Below are positions 37,767 through 45,912 of a stretch of DNA of 64,000 nt, piece after piece. A program made the position numbers and the translations under genes. Under the pieces are notes generated by a model. That model did not search any database. It had not been told where the DNA came from and worked only from the letters and a program-made list of their open reading frames with translations. Location of the stretch: assembly GCA_030043855.1 (NCBI GenBank), contig JASHWW010000005.1, positions 9,088 through 73,087 of the forward strand, written 5' to 3'. The number at the start of each line of letters is the position of its first letter. The first letter of the stretch is position 1. The stretch comes from Thermoplasmata archaeon (GTDB lineage Archaea > Thermoplasmatota > Thermoplasmata > Lutacidiplasmatales > UBA184).

Positions 37767-38336
37767 TCACGCGGTGCGCGATCGGGCGTGACGGCGGGCC
37801 AGGAATTCGCCCGCCCGCCGGACCGCTCGGGCCCGGTGGGAGATCGCATTCTTCCGCTCCGCCGGTACCTGCCCGAACGTCCGGTCCCAGCCGGTGGGTA
37901 TGAAGATCGGGTCGTAGCCGAACCCGTGCGATCCGGCGGCCCGCCGGGCGATCGTTCCGTGGACGTCGCCTCGGAAGAGGTAGGTCCGTCGGCCGACCCG
38001 AAGCGCCGCCACGGTACGGAAGTACGCCCGCCGGTTCCGGCGCTCCAGCAGCTCGAAGATCGGGCGAAATTTCCAGATGCGCAGGAAATGGGCCGAGTAG
38101 ACGCCCGGAAAACCTCCGAGCGACGGGATGAACAGTCCGGAGTCCTCGACGAGCACCGGTCCCGGGATGTCGCGGGTCGCCCGAAGCTTCGATCGGACGA
38201 CCTCCTCGAGGGTCTCCGCCTGAGGCTCCGGAAGGGTGCGGCGAATCCAGCGCACCTCGACCCCGTACGGACGGAGTACGGCGCGGACCTCGCGCGCCTT
38301 TCCCGGATTGGTGCTGACGAACGTCACCCGGCGCAC
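37767..38336 (-). CDS. rdgB: Non-canonical purine NTP pyrophosphatase (RdgB/HAM1)
   Basis: STNPGK, VEDSGL, FPGVYS, GFGYDPIF, KNAISHR. Confidence 0.95.
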   Translation of the reverse strand: MRRVTFVSTNPGKAREVRAVLRPYGVEVRWIRRTLPEPQAETLEEVVRSKLRATRDIPGPVLVEDSGLFIPSLGGFPGVYSAHFLRIWKFRPIFELLERRNRRAYFRTVAALRVGRRTYLFRGDVHGTIARRAAGSHGFGYDPIFIPTGWDRTFGQVPAERKNAISHRARAVRRAGEFLARRHARSRTA

Positions 38337-38346
38337 GGTCCGACGC

Positions 38347-38886
38347 CTACCACGGGTATTCGTCGTACGCGAAGATCTCGTCCGGGCTCTTGCGGCCGTC
38401 CCCGTTGTTCGTCCCCGACGCGCCGTTCGTCTCCGCCGGGAAGCCGATCGGGATGACGGCGATCGGGTGGATCCCCTCCGGGACGCGCAGCACCGACCGG
38501 ACCTTCTGTTCGTTGAACTCGACCAACCAGTTCGTGCCCAACCCTTCCGAGGTGGCGGCGAGCTGCAGGTGGTCGACCGCCACCGCGACGTCGAGCGGGT
38601 ACGCGGAGATGTAGCCCCCGACGGTGACCGGAATGTCCTCCTCGACGGCGAACGCCACGATCACGGCCGGGGCCTCGGCGATCAGGCGGCCCCGATTGGA
38701 CGCCTGAGCGAGCAGGCGCTTCTGCTCGTCATCGCGGACCACCACGAACCGCCACGGCTGGAGGTTGTGCTGGCTGGGCGCGAGGCGCGCCGCCGCGAGG
38801 ACGGCCTTGAGCTTCTCCGGCGGGATGGGCCGGGGATGGTACGATAGGCACGGCCGGTAGGAGCGAATCGCGTCGAGAACGTCCAT
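38347..38886 (-). CDS. Nitroreductase family protein
   Basis: ARLAPSQHNLQPWRFVVV, LAATSEGLGTNW, IPIGFPAE. Confidence 0.9.
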   Translation of the reverse strand: MDVLDAIRSYRPCLSYHPRPIPPEKLKAVLAAARLAPSQHNLQPWRFVVVRDDEQKRLLAQASNRGRLIAEAPAVIVAFAVEEDIPVTVGGYISAYPLDVAVAVDHLQLAATSEGLGTNWLVEFNEQKVRSVLRVPEGIHPIAVIPIGFPAETNGASGTNNGDGRKSPDEIFAYDEYPW

Positions 38887-39114
38887 TGAGACAAACCGAA
38901 AACAGGTCAGAGACGCGGGGTTCGGGGGTTACCCCTCCGCCGGGTGGCGTGCCATTCACGGATGCGAGGGTCGTCCCGAATAAAAACGTTTGGCCAACCC
39001 TCCGTTCTCGCCGGAAAACCGCCCCTCCGCTGTCGTTGCCCGCACGCCGCTCCCCTCGGGGACTTCCGACTTTGAACCAATTCCTTAAACCGTCGGACCG
39101 ACTACTCGGCGACC

Positions 39115-39393
39115 GTGGGGCTCGCCGACCTCTTCGTGGCCGTCCTGATCGTCGGGATCTCGTGCATCAACGCGGCCGTCCCGTCGGCCGCCTTCGGACG
39201 GTCGCGCGATCCTCGGTTTCTCGTGCTCGCCGGCGCGAACGCCGTCTTCGCGGTCGTCGGGCTCCTCTGGGCGTGGGCCCAGCTGCCCCTCGGGCCCCCC
39301 GCGGGGCTCGGCGTCGACTTGCCGGTCGCCGTCCTGGTCCTCCTCGCCACGCTCCTCCTCCTCGCGACCACGTTGTGGCCCCGACGCGACTGA
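39115..39393 (+). CDS. Small membrane protein (about 3 TM)
   Basis: 92 aa, almost entirely hydrophobic; CTTAAA box ~26 nt upstream. Confidence 0.7.
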   Translation: MGLADLFVAVLIVGISCINAAVPSAAFGRSRDPRFLVLAGANAVFAVVGLLWAWAQLPLGPPAGLGVDLPVAVLVLLATLLLLATTLWPRRD

Positions 39394-39396
39394 GCG

Positions 39397-39924
39397 ATGG
39401 AGGACGACCCGCTCGCCCTCGCCACGCGGCGCCGAATCTACGAGGCGGTGCGTCGGGCGCCGGGCGCCGGAGCGCGCGAGACCCAGCGCGCGGCCGGAAC
39501 CGGCTGGGGCGAGACGACGTACCATCTCGACCGGCTCACCGACGCGGGACTCGTGCACCGGGAGCGGAGTGGCCACCAGGACCACTACTTCGTCGCGGAC
39601 GTTCCGCTCGGGGACCGGCGGCTGCTCGGCCTCACGCGGTCCGCTTCGGCCCGGCGACTGTTGGTCACCCTCCTCGAGACTGACGAACCGACGATTCCCG
39701 AACTGACCGACCGCACCGGCCTGAGCGAGGGCCGCCTCTCGGTCCACCTGCGTCGTATGATCGAGACCGGAGTGGTCCGCACGGGCCGGCGGGAGCGGTG
39801 GAGGACGTTCGAGCTCGTCGACCGCGAGCGGGTCCGTCGCCTCCTCGTCACCTACCGGGACGGTCTCGGCGACTCGGCGATCGAAGGGGTCCTGGCGGCG
39901 TGGTCGGAGCTGTTCCGACCGTGA
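39397..39924 (+). CDS. Tandem winged-helix transcriptional regulator (ArsR/MarR-like)
   Basis: TRRRIYEAVRRAPG..ARE...GWGETTYHLDRL and a second HTH IPELTDRTGLSEGRLSVHLRRM. Confidence 0.85.
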   Translation: MEDDPLALATRRRIYEAVRRAPGAGARETQRAAGTGWGETTYHLDRLTDAGLVHRERSGHQDHYFVADVPLGDRRLLGLTRSASARRLLVTLLETDEPTIPELTDRTGLSEGRLSVHLRRMIETGVVRTGRRERWRTFELVDRERVRRLLVTYRDGLGDSAIEGVLAAWSELFRP

Positions 39925-39934
39925 ACCGGCGGGT

Positions 39935-39964
39935 TTGGACCAACGGATTCCGCCCTTGAACCAA
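39935..39964. promoter_or_regulatory. Putative operator pair TTGGACCAA / TTGAACCAA (third copy at 39072-39080)
   Basis: 9-bp near-palindromes 21 bp apart upstream of the 40001 gene; identical TTGAACCAA just upstream of the TATA box of the regulator operon. Confidence 0.55.
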
Positions 39965-40000
39965 AAACGGGGTGGTCGTCCTCCGCCCTGCTTCCTCCCG

Positions 40001-40981
40001 ATGACGAACGGGATGCGCCGCTCCGGGCGCCTCGGCGCGCGGTTCCCCCGGCGCGCTGCGATGCCGATCGCCGTCCTCCTCGGAGTCGCCGTCCTGTTCG
40101 TCGTTCCCACGGGCGCGATCGCCGGCGCTCCCACCACGGTCTGGGGAGGGTCCTCCGCGTCCTGGACCAACGGCCTGGTCCTGTGCGTGTTCGCCCCGTC
40201 CGCCCCGTCCGTCGGCGCGTCGGCGCTGGCCCGCCCGAACACCGGGATGACCTTGTCCGTCGAGTCGATGGCCGAAGTCTCCAGCGGCGGTTCGACCGTG
40301 GCCTCCGCCGACCTCGCCAACGCGACGTGGTCCGTGGCGAATCTCTCGTCCGACGACGCCTACGACCTGGCGTACTTCGCGAACGCCTCCGTCATCGGGG
40401 CGGGCGCCGCCGCCGACGGCACCGTGGCGATGCAGGTCCAGTTCGTCCTTCCGGCGTACGCGGAGGAGGGAGCCCCCGCGCCGAACGCCGTCGTCGTCGC
40501 GCTCAACGTCTCGGGATGGCCCTGGCAGGCCCCCACCGACCATCTGATCCTCACGTTCGCCGCGCAGCCGTCGTTCCCCACGGCCGAGCACCTCATCCTC
40601 GGTGCGGCCGGTGGGCCCCTGGTCGCGGGCGCCTCGACGAGTTCGGGGGCGACCTTCGAACAGCTGTTCGGCGCCGCGTCGGCCAACGCGACGCCCGCCG
40701 GCGGCGGAACGGTCGCAGTGCCGGCGACCGCCACCGTCGCCGGGAGTTCCGCCGCCGCGACTGTGTCGGTCGCGTTCGGCGACTCCGCCGGCGCGTACTC
40801 CGCCCTCTCCTACGCGGCCCAGGTCACGATCGTCTTTCCCCCATCGATCGCCGGCATCCCGACGGTCGACCTGGTTGCCGTCGGCGCGGCCGCGGCCGTG
40901 GTCTCCCTGGTGCTCGCGGCGGGCGTCCGTCGGATTCGGCGGGGCCCGTCCAACCTGACCTACGTGGAGGAGGAACCGTGA
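40001..40981 (+). CDS. Secreted/surface glycoprotein with C-terminal TM anchor (start uncertain)
   Basis: Signal-like N-terminus, several N-x-S/T sequons, WPW motif, TM + RRIRR. Confidence 0.75.
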   Translation: MTNGMRRSGRLGARFPRRAAMPIAVLLGVAVLFVVPTGAIAGAPTTVWGGSSASWTNGLVLCVFAPSAPSVGASALARPNTGMTLSVESMAEVSSGGSTVASADLANATWSVANLSSDDAYDLAYFANASVIGAGAAADGTVAMQVQFVLPAYAEEGAPAPNAVVVALNVSGWPWQAPTDHLILTFAAQPSFPTAEHLILGAAGGPLVAGASTSSGATFEQLFGAASANATPAGGGTVAVPATATVAGSSAAATVSVAFGDSAGAYSALSYAAQVTIVFPPSIAGIPTVDLVAVGAAAAVVSLVLAAGVRRIRRGPSNLTYVEEEP

Positions 40982-41190
40982 CGAACGAGGAGCGCGAAGC
41001 GTCGACGTTCGCCGACTGGACCGTGCGCCTGGAGTGCGGCCACCGCGTGGCCGTCCCGTACGGAGTGGCGGTTCCGGCCATGGCAGCCTGCCTCGTCCAT
41101 CACCAGGAGGTCTGTCCCCAGGACGCCTTTGCCGATCCCGCCGAGTTCGGGGTCGCCCTCCCGATCCCCCGGGGGGCGTCGTTCCCATGA
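40978..41190 (+). CDS. Small Cys/His protein (70 aa), putative metal binding
   Basis: GTG overlaps the upstream TGA after a GGAGGAGG RBS; ECGH...CLVHHQEVC; its stop overlaps the next ATG. Confidence 0.55.
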   Translation: MTNEEREASTFADWTVRLECGHRVAVPYGVAVPAMAACLVHHQEVCPQDAFADPAEFGVALPIPRGASFP

Positions 41191-41816
41191 GCGACCGATC
41201 CCGGGTTGGACCTGGCCGGACCCTCGCGGTCCTCACGGGGGCGGCGCTCCTGCTCTTGACCCTGCTGGCCGCCCGGGGCGTAGGCGTCGCCGCGGCCGCC
41301 TCTCCGGCGGCCTCCCCCGCGGCCGAGTTCGTCAACGTTAGCGCGACGAGTGTCCTTTCGTTCCAGCCGGGATCGTTCGATGTTCTCCCGGGCGCCACCG
41401 TCCACCTCGTCGTGACCCAGCTCGCGAATTTCAACCACACGTTCACGCTCTCGTCGGTCGTCAACGTCACGATCCCGAGCACCGACAACGCGAGCGCCGT
41501 CGCCGCGTTCTTCAACGCGCATCCCCCGATCGTCAACCTCTCGCTCGGCTCGACGGTCGGCACCGAGTTTTCGGACACGTTCGTCGCGCCGTCGACCCTC
41601 GGGGCGTACGAGTTCGTCTGCCTGATCCACTTCCCCACGATGATCGGAGAGATGCAGGTCGTGGCGACCTTGCCCGGGCCGTCCAGCACGACCTCGGCGA
41701 TCTCGACCACCGAGCTCGTGGCGATCGGGGTGGGACTCCTCGTGGTCGTCGTCGTGATCGTGCTCGTGGTTCGATCTCGCAAGCGCCGCGCGGGTGGCAA
41801 GACTCCCCCGGCCTAG
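41187..41816 (+). CDS. Membrane-anchored blue (type 1) copper protein, cupredoxin fold
   Basis: Signal peptide; FQPGSF.V.PGATV; ligands NH(TF) and C-x2-H-x3-M (CLIHFPTM); C-terminal TM. Confidence 0.85.
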   Translation: MSDRSRVGPGRTLAVLTGAALLLLTLLAARGVGVAAAASPAASPAAEFVNVSATSVLSFQPGSFDVLPGATVHLVVTQLANFNHTFTLSSVVNVTIPSTDNASAVAAFFNAHPPIVNLSLGSTVGTEFSDTFVAPSTLGAYEFVCLIHFPTMIGEMQVVATLPGPSSTTSAISTTELVAIGVGLLVVVVVIVLVVRSRKRRAGGKTPPA

Positions 41817-41841
41817 TCCCGCGTCGCATGGGGAGGCGGCC

Positions 41842-43779
41842 GTGGCAGTCCCCTGGAGCGTCTCCCCGGAGCCGATCCGGGAACTCTCGGGCGGCGTGGT
41901 CGCCTACAACGAGGAGGCGAACCTGCGCGGCGCGGTCCGGTCGCTCCTGGACCAGCACCTCCCCGACGGGGTTCGCTGGAGGAACGTCTGGGTCGTCGCG
42001 AGCGGATGCACGGACGGGACCGTCGGCGTGGCCGAGACCCTCGCGTCGGAAGATCCGCGCATCCGCGTCCTGGTCGAGTCCGACCGGGGCGGGAAGGCGC
42101 GGGCCCTCGGCGCCGTGTTCGCCCGCGCCGAGGGAGATGCGCTCGTCCTGCTGAACTCCGACGCCCGGGCCGAGCCGGGGGCCGTCGCCCACCTGGTCTC
42201 GGTCGCGTCCGGGAAGTCCGCCCCCTACGCGGTGATGGGGCGGCCGGTGGTCCCCGCGACGGTCGGCGGCCCGTGGTCCCCGATGCTGCGGTGGATGTGG
42301 GAGCTGCACCACGAGTTCCACCTCGAACTGCTGGCCGACGGACGGGGCGGCCACCTCTCCGACGAGCTGTTGCTGCTGAGCCTCCCGACGGTCGTTCCAC
42401 CGCCGGCAGGAACCATCAACGACGGGTCGTACCTCGCCGTCTGGTTGGCGCAGCACGCCGGGGGTCGGTGGTACGCCCCGGACGCTCGCGTTGCGATCCA
42501 GATCCCGTCCCGGCTGAGGGACCATCTGCACCAGCGCCGGCGGATCCACGTCGGCAACGGACAGGTCGCTTCGCTGCTCCGCACACCGCCGGCCACGATC
42601 CCCGAGCAATTCTTCCGACGGCCCGCGGCGACGCTGCGCCTGCTGCGCCGTCTGCTGGCGCGACCGAACGGAGTCCGGGACTTCGGTCGACTCGCCGCAG
42701 CGGAACTCGCCTCGTACGGCCTCGCCGCGTGGGACCTCTTGCCCCCACGACGCGATCACGTCCGCTGGCAACGGATTGAGCTGCCGTCGTCCGGATCGGC
42801 GCCCTCCGCTCCGGCCGAGTCGGAGACCCGGGACTCCGACGGGACGGAACGACGGGTCGCGGCGATGCTCCGCGTGGCGCGACAGTTCGACACGGGACTC
42901 GACCTCGCACGACTTCGGGACCTCCTTCCCGCCGACGGGCCCGCGACCCCGGCGGCCGTCGAGCGCTGGATCCTCGAGCGGCCCACGATCGGGCGACTGG
43001 ACGCGGGGCGCATCTTTGCCCCCGAGGCCGAGGGCCGAGGGACGGCGGACCGGGAGCGGCGCGCGGCGGCGTACCGTCGGTACGCGACCGCGGTCGTGGA
43101 AGGCCCGCTCGGCTTCGCCGCCCCCCTGGTCCGATGCGTCGGCGTGAGCGGGTCGGTCGCGTACGGCGAAGCGCGCCCCGGCGATGACCTCGACCTGTTC
43201 GTGGTGCCGCGGACCGGTGCCCTCTGGTGGTTCCTGCTCCGCGCGTACGTCCACCTGCGTCTCGCGCCGCCCGTCGCGGTGGACGGCGAACGGCCCGAGG
43301 TCTGCCTGAACTACGTGGTGGAGGACGCGTCCGCGGCTCGGGAGTTCGCGGCCCGCGACGGACTGCTCTACGCGCGCGAGGCGCTCTCCGTCCGCGCGAT
43401 CGCGGGCGATCCGTACTACCGCGGGCTCCTCGCATCGGCCCCGTGGATGCGCTCCGAGCTTCCCCGTCTGTGGGACCAGCGGAGCGCGGACCCCGGGGGG
43501 ATCGACCCCCAACCCGCCCCGCGGGGGATCCGGCTGCTCAACGCGCTCGTCTTCCCGTTCCTCGCCACGTACCTGCAGCTGGTCGGTCTGGTCCGGAGCT
43601 CGCACGGACGCCGCGCCCGTGGAGCCGATGGCGAGTTCCGGACCGAAACCGCGCTCCACCGGGTCGCGTTCGCTTCGCGACGGTTCGAGCGGCTCCGGTC
43701 GGACTACGGCGAGCGCCGATCCGTGGACTCGCCGGCCGATGCGACGCCGGCCCCGTCGGGGGCTCCGGCGGCCCGGTGA
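41842..43779 (+). CDS. GT2 glycosyltransferase fused to Pol-beta-superfamily nucleotidyltransferase domain
   Basis: GT2: VVAYNEE, SGCTDGT, GKARAL, LNSD, HQRRRI; NTase: GVSGSVAYG...DDLDLFVV, CLNY; GGGAGG RBS before GTG. Confidence 0.85.
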   Translation: MAVPWSVSPEPIRELSGGVVAYNEEANLRGAVRSLLDQHLPDGVRWRNVWVVASGCTDGTVGVAETLASEDPRIRVLVESDRGGKARALGAVFARAEGDALVLLNSDARAEPGAVAHLVSVASGKSAPYAVMGRPVVPATVGGPWSPMLRWMWELHHEFHLELLADGRGGHLSDELLLLSLPTVVPPPAGTINDGSYLAVWLAQHAGGRWYAPDARVAIQIPSRLRDHLHQRRRIHVGNGQVASLLRTPPATIPEQFFRRPAATLRLLRRLLARPNGVRDFGRLAAAELASYGLAAWDLLPPRRDHVRWQRIELPSSGSAPSAPAESETRDSDGTERRVAAMLRVARQFDTGLDLARLRDLLPADGPATPAAVERWILERPTIGRLDAGRIFAPEAEGRGTADRERRAAAYRRYATAVVEGPLGFAAPLVRCVGVSGSVAYGEARPGDDLDLFVVPRTGALWWFLLRAYVHLRLAPPVAVDGERPEVCLNYVVEDASAAREFAARDGLLYAREALSVRAIAGDPYYRGLLASAPWMRSELPRLWDQRSADPGGIDPQPAPRGIRLLNALVFPFLATYLQLVGLVRSSHGRRARGADGEFRTETALHRVAFASRRFERLRSDYGERRSVDSPADATPAPSGAPAAR

Positions 43780-43787
43780 GTCGAACG

Positions 43788-44729
43788 ATGGCGACCGCCT
43801 CGATCAGCGATTACGAAGGGTTCGATTTCGCATCGCTCTGGCATCGTCGCGAACGGGTGACCGAGGTCGAGCAGCGGTTCCTCGTGGCGGCCCTCGCCGG
43901 CGCCGATCGTCGTCGGGTTCTCGAGCTCGGGGCCGGGTTCGGCCGCTTGACTCCGACCCTCGCCCGGATCGGGGGAGAGGTGGTCGCGACGGACTTCGAC
44001 CGGGGCAGCCTCGAGCGGATGCGGACCGCCGAGGGCAGCGCGCCCCGGTTCGTCCGCATCGCAGCGAACCTGTACCACCTCCCGTTCGTCGACGGCGCGT
44101 TTCCGGCCGCCACGATGGTTCGGGTCTACCATCATCTCGACGACCCGGTCGCCGCGCTCTCCGAGTTGCGTCGCGTCCTCGCCCCGGGCGGGCAGGTGCT
44201 CGTCTCGTACAACCCGAAGCCGTCCGTGGGCACGCTGGTCAACGATATCCAGCGCGCCCTCCGTCCGACCGCCGAGTTCCGGTCGATCACGTTCTCCCGG
44301 GAGCGCCATCTCGAGCTGCCGCCCGATCCGTTTCCCGTCCACGTGGGCCCGCGCGCCGAGTTCGCCGACGTCGTCCGGTCCGCCGGGTTCGCGATCGCGT
44401 CGGAGCGCGTTTCCGGCCTCGAGGAGTACTACCTGATGCGCTTCGTTCCGGCGGAGGTCTTCGTCCGGGTCGGTACCGCCCTCGGCCGCGCTCCGGGGTT
44501 CCCGATGCGATTCGCCTTGCTGCGGGCCCCCGGCGCTCCCCCCGGACGTCTGGTCCCGGCGTCCGAGCTACTCGCTTGCCCCCGCTGCCGCGCTCCCGTC
44601 GCGGGGACCGAGGCGGGGGCGGCGTGCTCGTCGTGCGGGTTCTTCGGCGAGGCACGCGACGGGGTCCTCGACCTGCGGTACGTCCCGGACGGAGCGACCC
44701 GGTGGCGGGGAGCCGGACATGCTCGCTGA
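43788..44729 (+). CDS. Class I SAM methyltransferase with C-terminal Zn ribbon (alternative GTG at 43776)
   Basis: VLELGAGFGRL, LPFVDGAF, RVYHHL, RVLAPGG; CPRC-x12-CSSC...GVLDLR. Confidence 0.87.
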   Translation: MATASISDYEGFDFASLWHRRERVTEVEQRFLVAALAGADRRRVLELGAGFGRLTPTLARIGGEVVATDFDRGSLERMRTAEGSAPRFVRIAANLYHLPFVDGAFPAATMVRVYHHLDDPVAALSELRRVLAPGGQVLVSYNPKPSVGTLVNDIQRALRPTAEFRSITFSRERHLELPPDPFPVHVGPRAEFADVVRSAGFAIASERVSGLEEYYLMRFVPAEVFVRVGTALGRAPGFPMRFALLRAPGAPPGRLVPASELLACPRCRAPVAGTEAGAACSSCGFFGEARDGVLDLRYVPDGATRWRGAGHAR

Positions 44730-45912
44730 CGCGCGTCCGCCCGGCTCGGACGCCGAGCTTCCGCACCTGGAGCTCGTTCGGGAGAGCGGGCGCCTCCCGC
44801 TCGGGTTCGTGTCCGACGGCGCCGATGTCCTCCTGATCGCCCGGGATCGATCGGCGCGGTGGCCGACCGAGATCCTCCGGGACGGAGCGGTGGAGCTGGC
44901 GGTCGGAGAGCGGCAGGTCCGCGGCGCTCCGGAGCTCGTCACGGACCCGGACGAAAAGCAGCGGGCGACGAGCCTGTTCCGGGCGAAGTACGGAGCGGTC
45001 GGATTCGAGAAGTGGTACTCGCATCCGGCCCGGATCGTCCGGGTGGTCGTGGGGGACGGACCGCCGTCGGTCGACCCGCCGGGTCAGTACCGCCGATGGC
45101 TGGAGGCGGAATTCGACAACGTCGCCGACGACTACGATCGACACATCACCGGCAACCGCGTCAACCGATTGCTCCGGGACCGGTCGCTGGCGGAGCTGCG
45201 CCGGGCATTCCGCGGCCGCCACCGGCTGCTCGAGATCGGGTGCGGCTCGGGGATGGAGACGCTGCCGTTGCTGGAGGACGGGCACGAGCTCGTCTGCGTC
45301 GACCTCTCGGCCCGGATGCTGGACGTGGTCCGGGCGAAGGCGCGGGCGGCCGGCCGCTCCGAGGCTCTGACCACGTTTCGGTCGACCGCGGGCGACCTCT
45401 CGCGACTCACGCCGGACCTCGGCGAGGGCGCGGTCGATGGGGCCTACTCGACGTACGGCGCGTTGAACTGCGAGGCGCACCTCGACCGGGTGGCGCTCGC
45501 CCTCGGCGGCCTGCTGCCCGCCGGAGCCCCGTTCGTGGCGGGGGTCTACAACCGCTGGTGCCTCTTCGAGCTCGCGGGCTACGGGCTGACCGGTCGTCTG
45601 CGTCGCGCGTTCGGGCGCACCGGCTCGCCCGTTCCGGTCGGCGCTTCCCGGTTCTGCGTCGACGTCTTCGCGTACTCCTGGCCCGAGTTCCGTCGCCGGT
45701 TCGCCCCCTGGTTCGAGGTCCGGCGGGTCGAGGCGGTCCCCGTCCTGCTGCCGCCGTCGGACCTCGCCGGATACGCCGATCGGTTCGATCGGGGGTGGGC
45801 CGCGCTGCGGCGGCTCGACGCGGCGGTCGGGCAGCGGTGGCCGTTCTTTGGGTTCGGCGACCACTTCCTCGCGACGTTCGCCCGACGTGCGGGGCCGTCG
45901 GGAGCCGGATGA
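44719..45912 (+). CDS. Class I SAM methyltransferase with N-terminal split-barrel (deazaflavin/flavin oxidoreductase-like) domain
   Basis: N-terminal LPLGFVSDG...W...L...FRAKYG; FDNVADDYD, LLEIGCGSG, VDLSARML, STYGALNC, GDHFL. Confidence 0.82.
   Translation: MLADARPPGSDAELPHLELVRESGRLPLGFVSDGADVLLIARDRSARWPTEILRDGAVELAVGERQVRGAPELVTDPDEKQRATSLFRAKYGAVGFEKWYSHPARIVRVVVGDGPPSVDPPGQYRRWLEAEFDNVADDYDRHITGNRVNRLLRDRSLAELRRAFRGRHRLLEIGCGSGMETLPLLEDGHELVCVDLSARMLDVVRAKARAAGRSEALTTFRSTAGDLSRLTPDLGEGAVDGAYSTYGALNCEAHLDRVALALGGLLPAGAPFVAGVYNRWCLFELAGYGLTGRLRRAFGRTGSPVPVGASRFCVDVFAYSWPEFRRRFAPWFEVRRVEAVPVLLPPSDLAGYADRFDRGWAALRRLDAAVGQRWPFFGFGDHFLATFARRAGPSGAG

Noticed and set aside
42850-43720. NTase domain as an MNT-HEPN toxin-antitoxin or CBASS cyclase
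   Set aside because: No adjacent HEPN or effector gene; it is fused to GT2 inside a glycosylation-type operon
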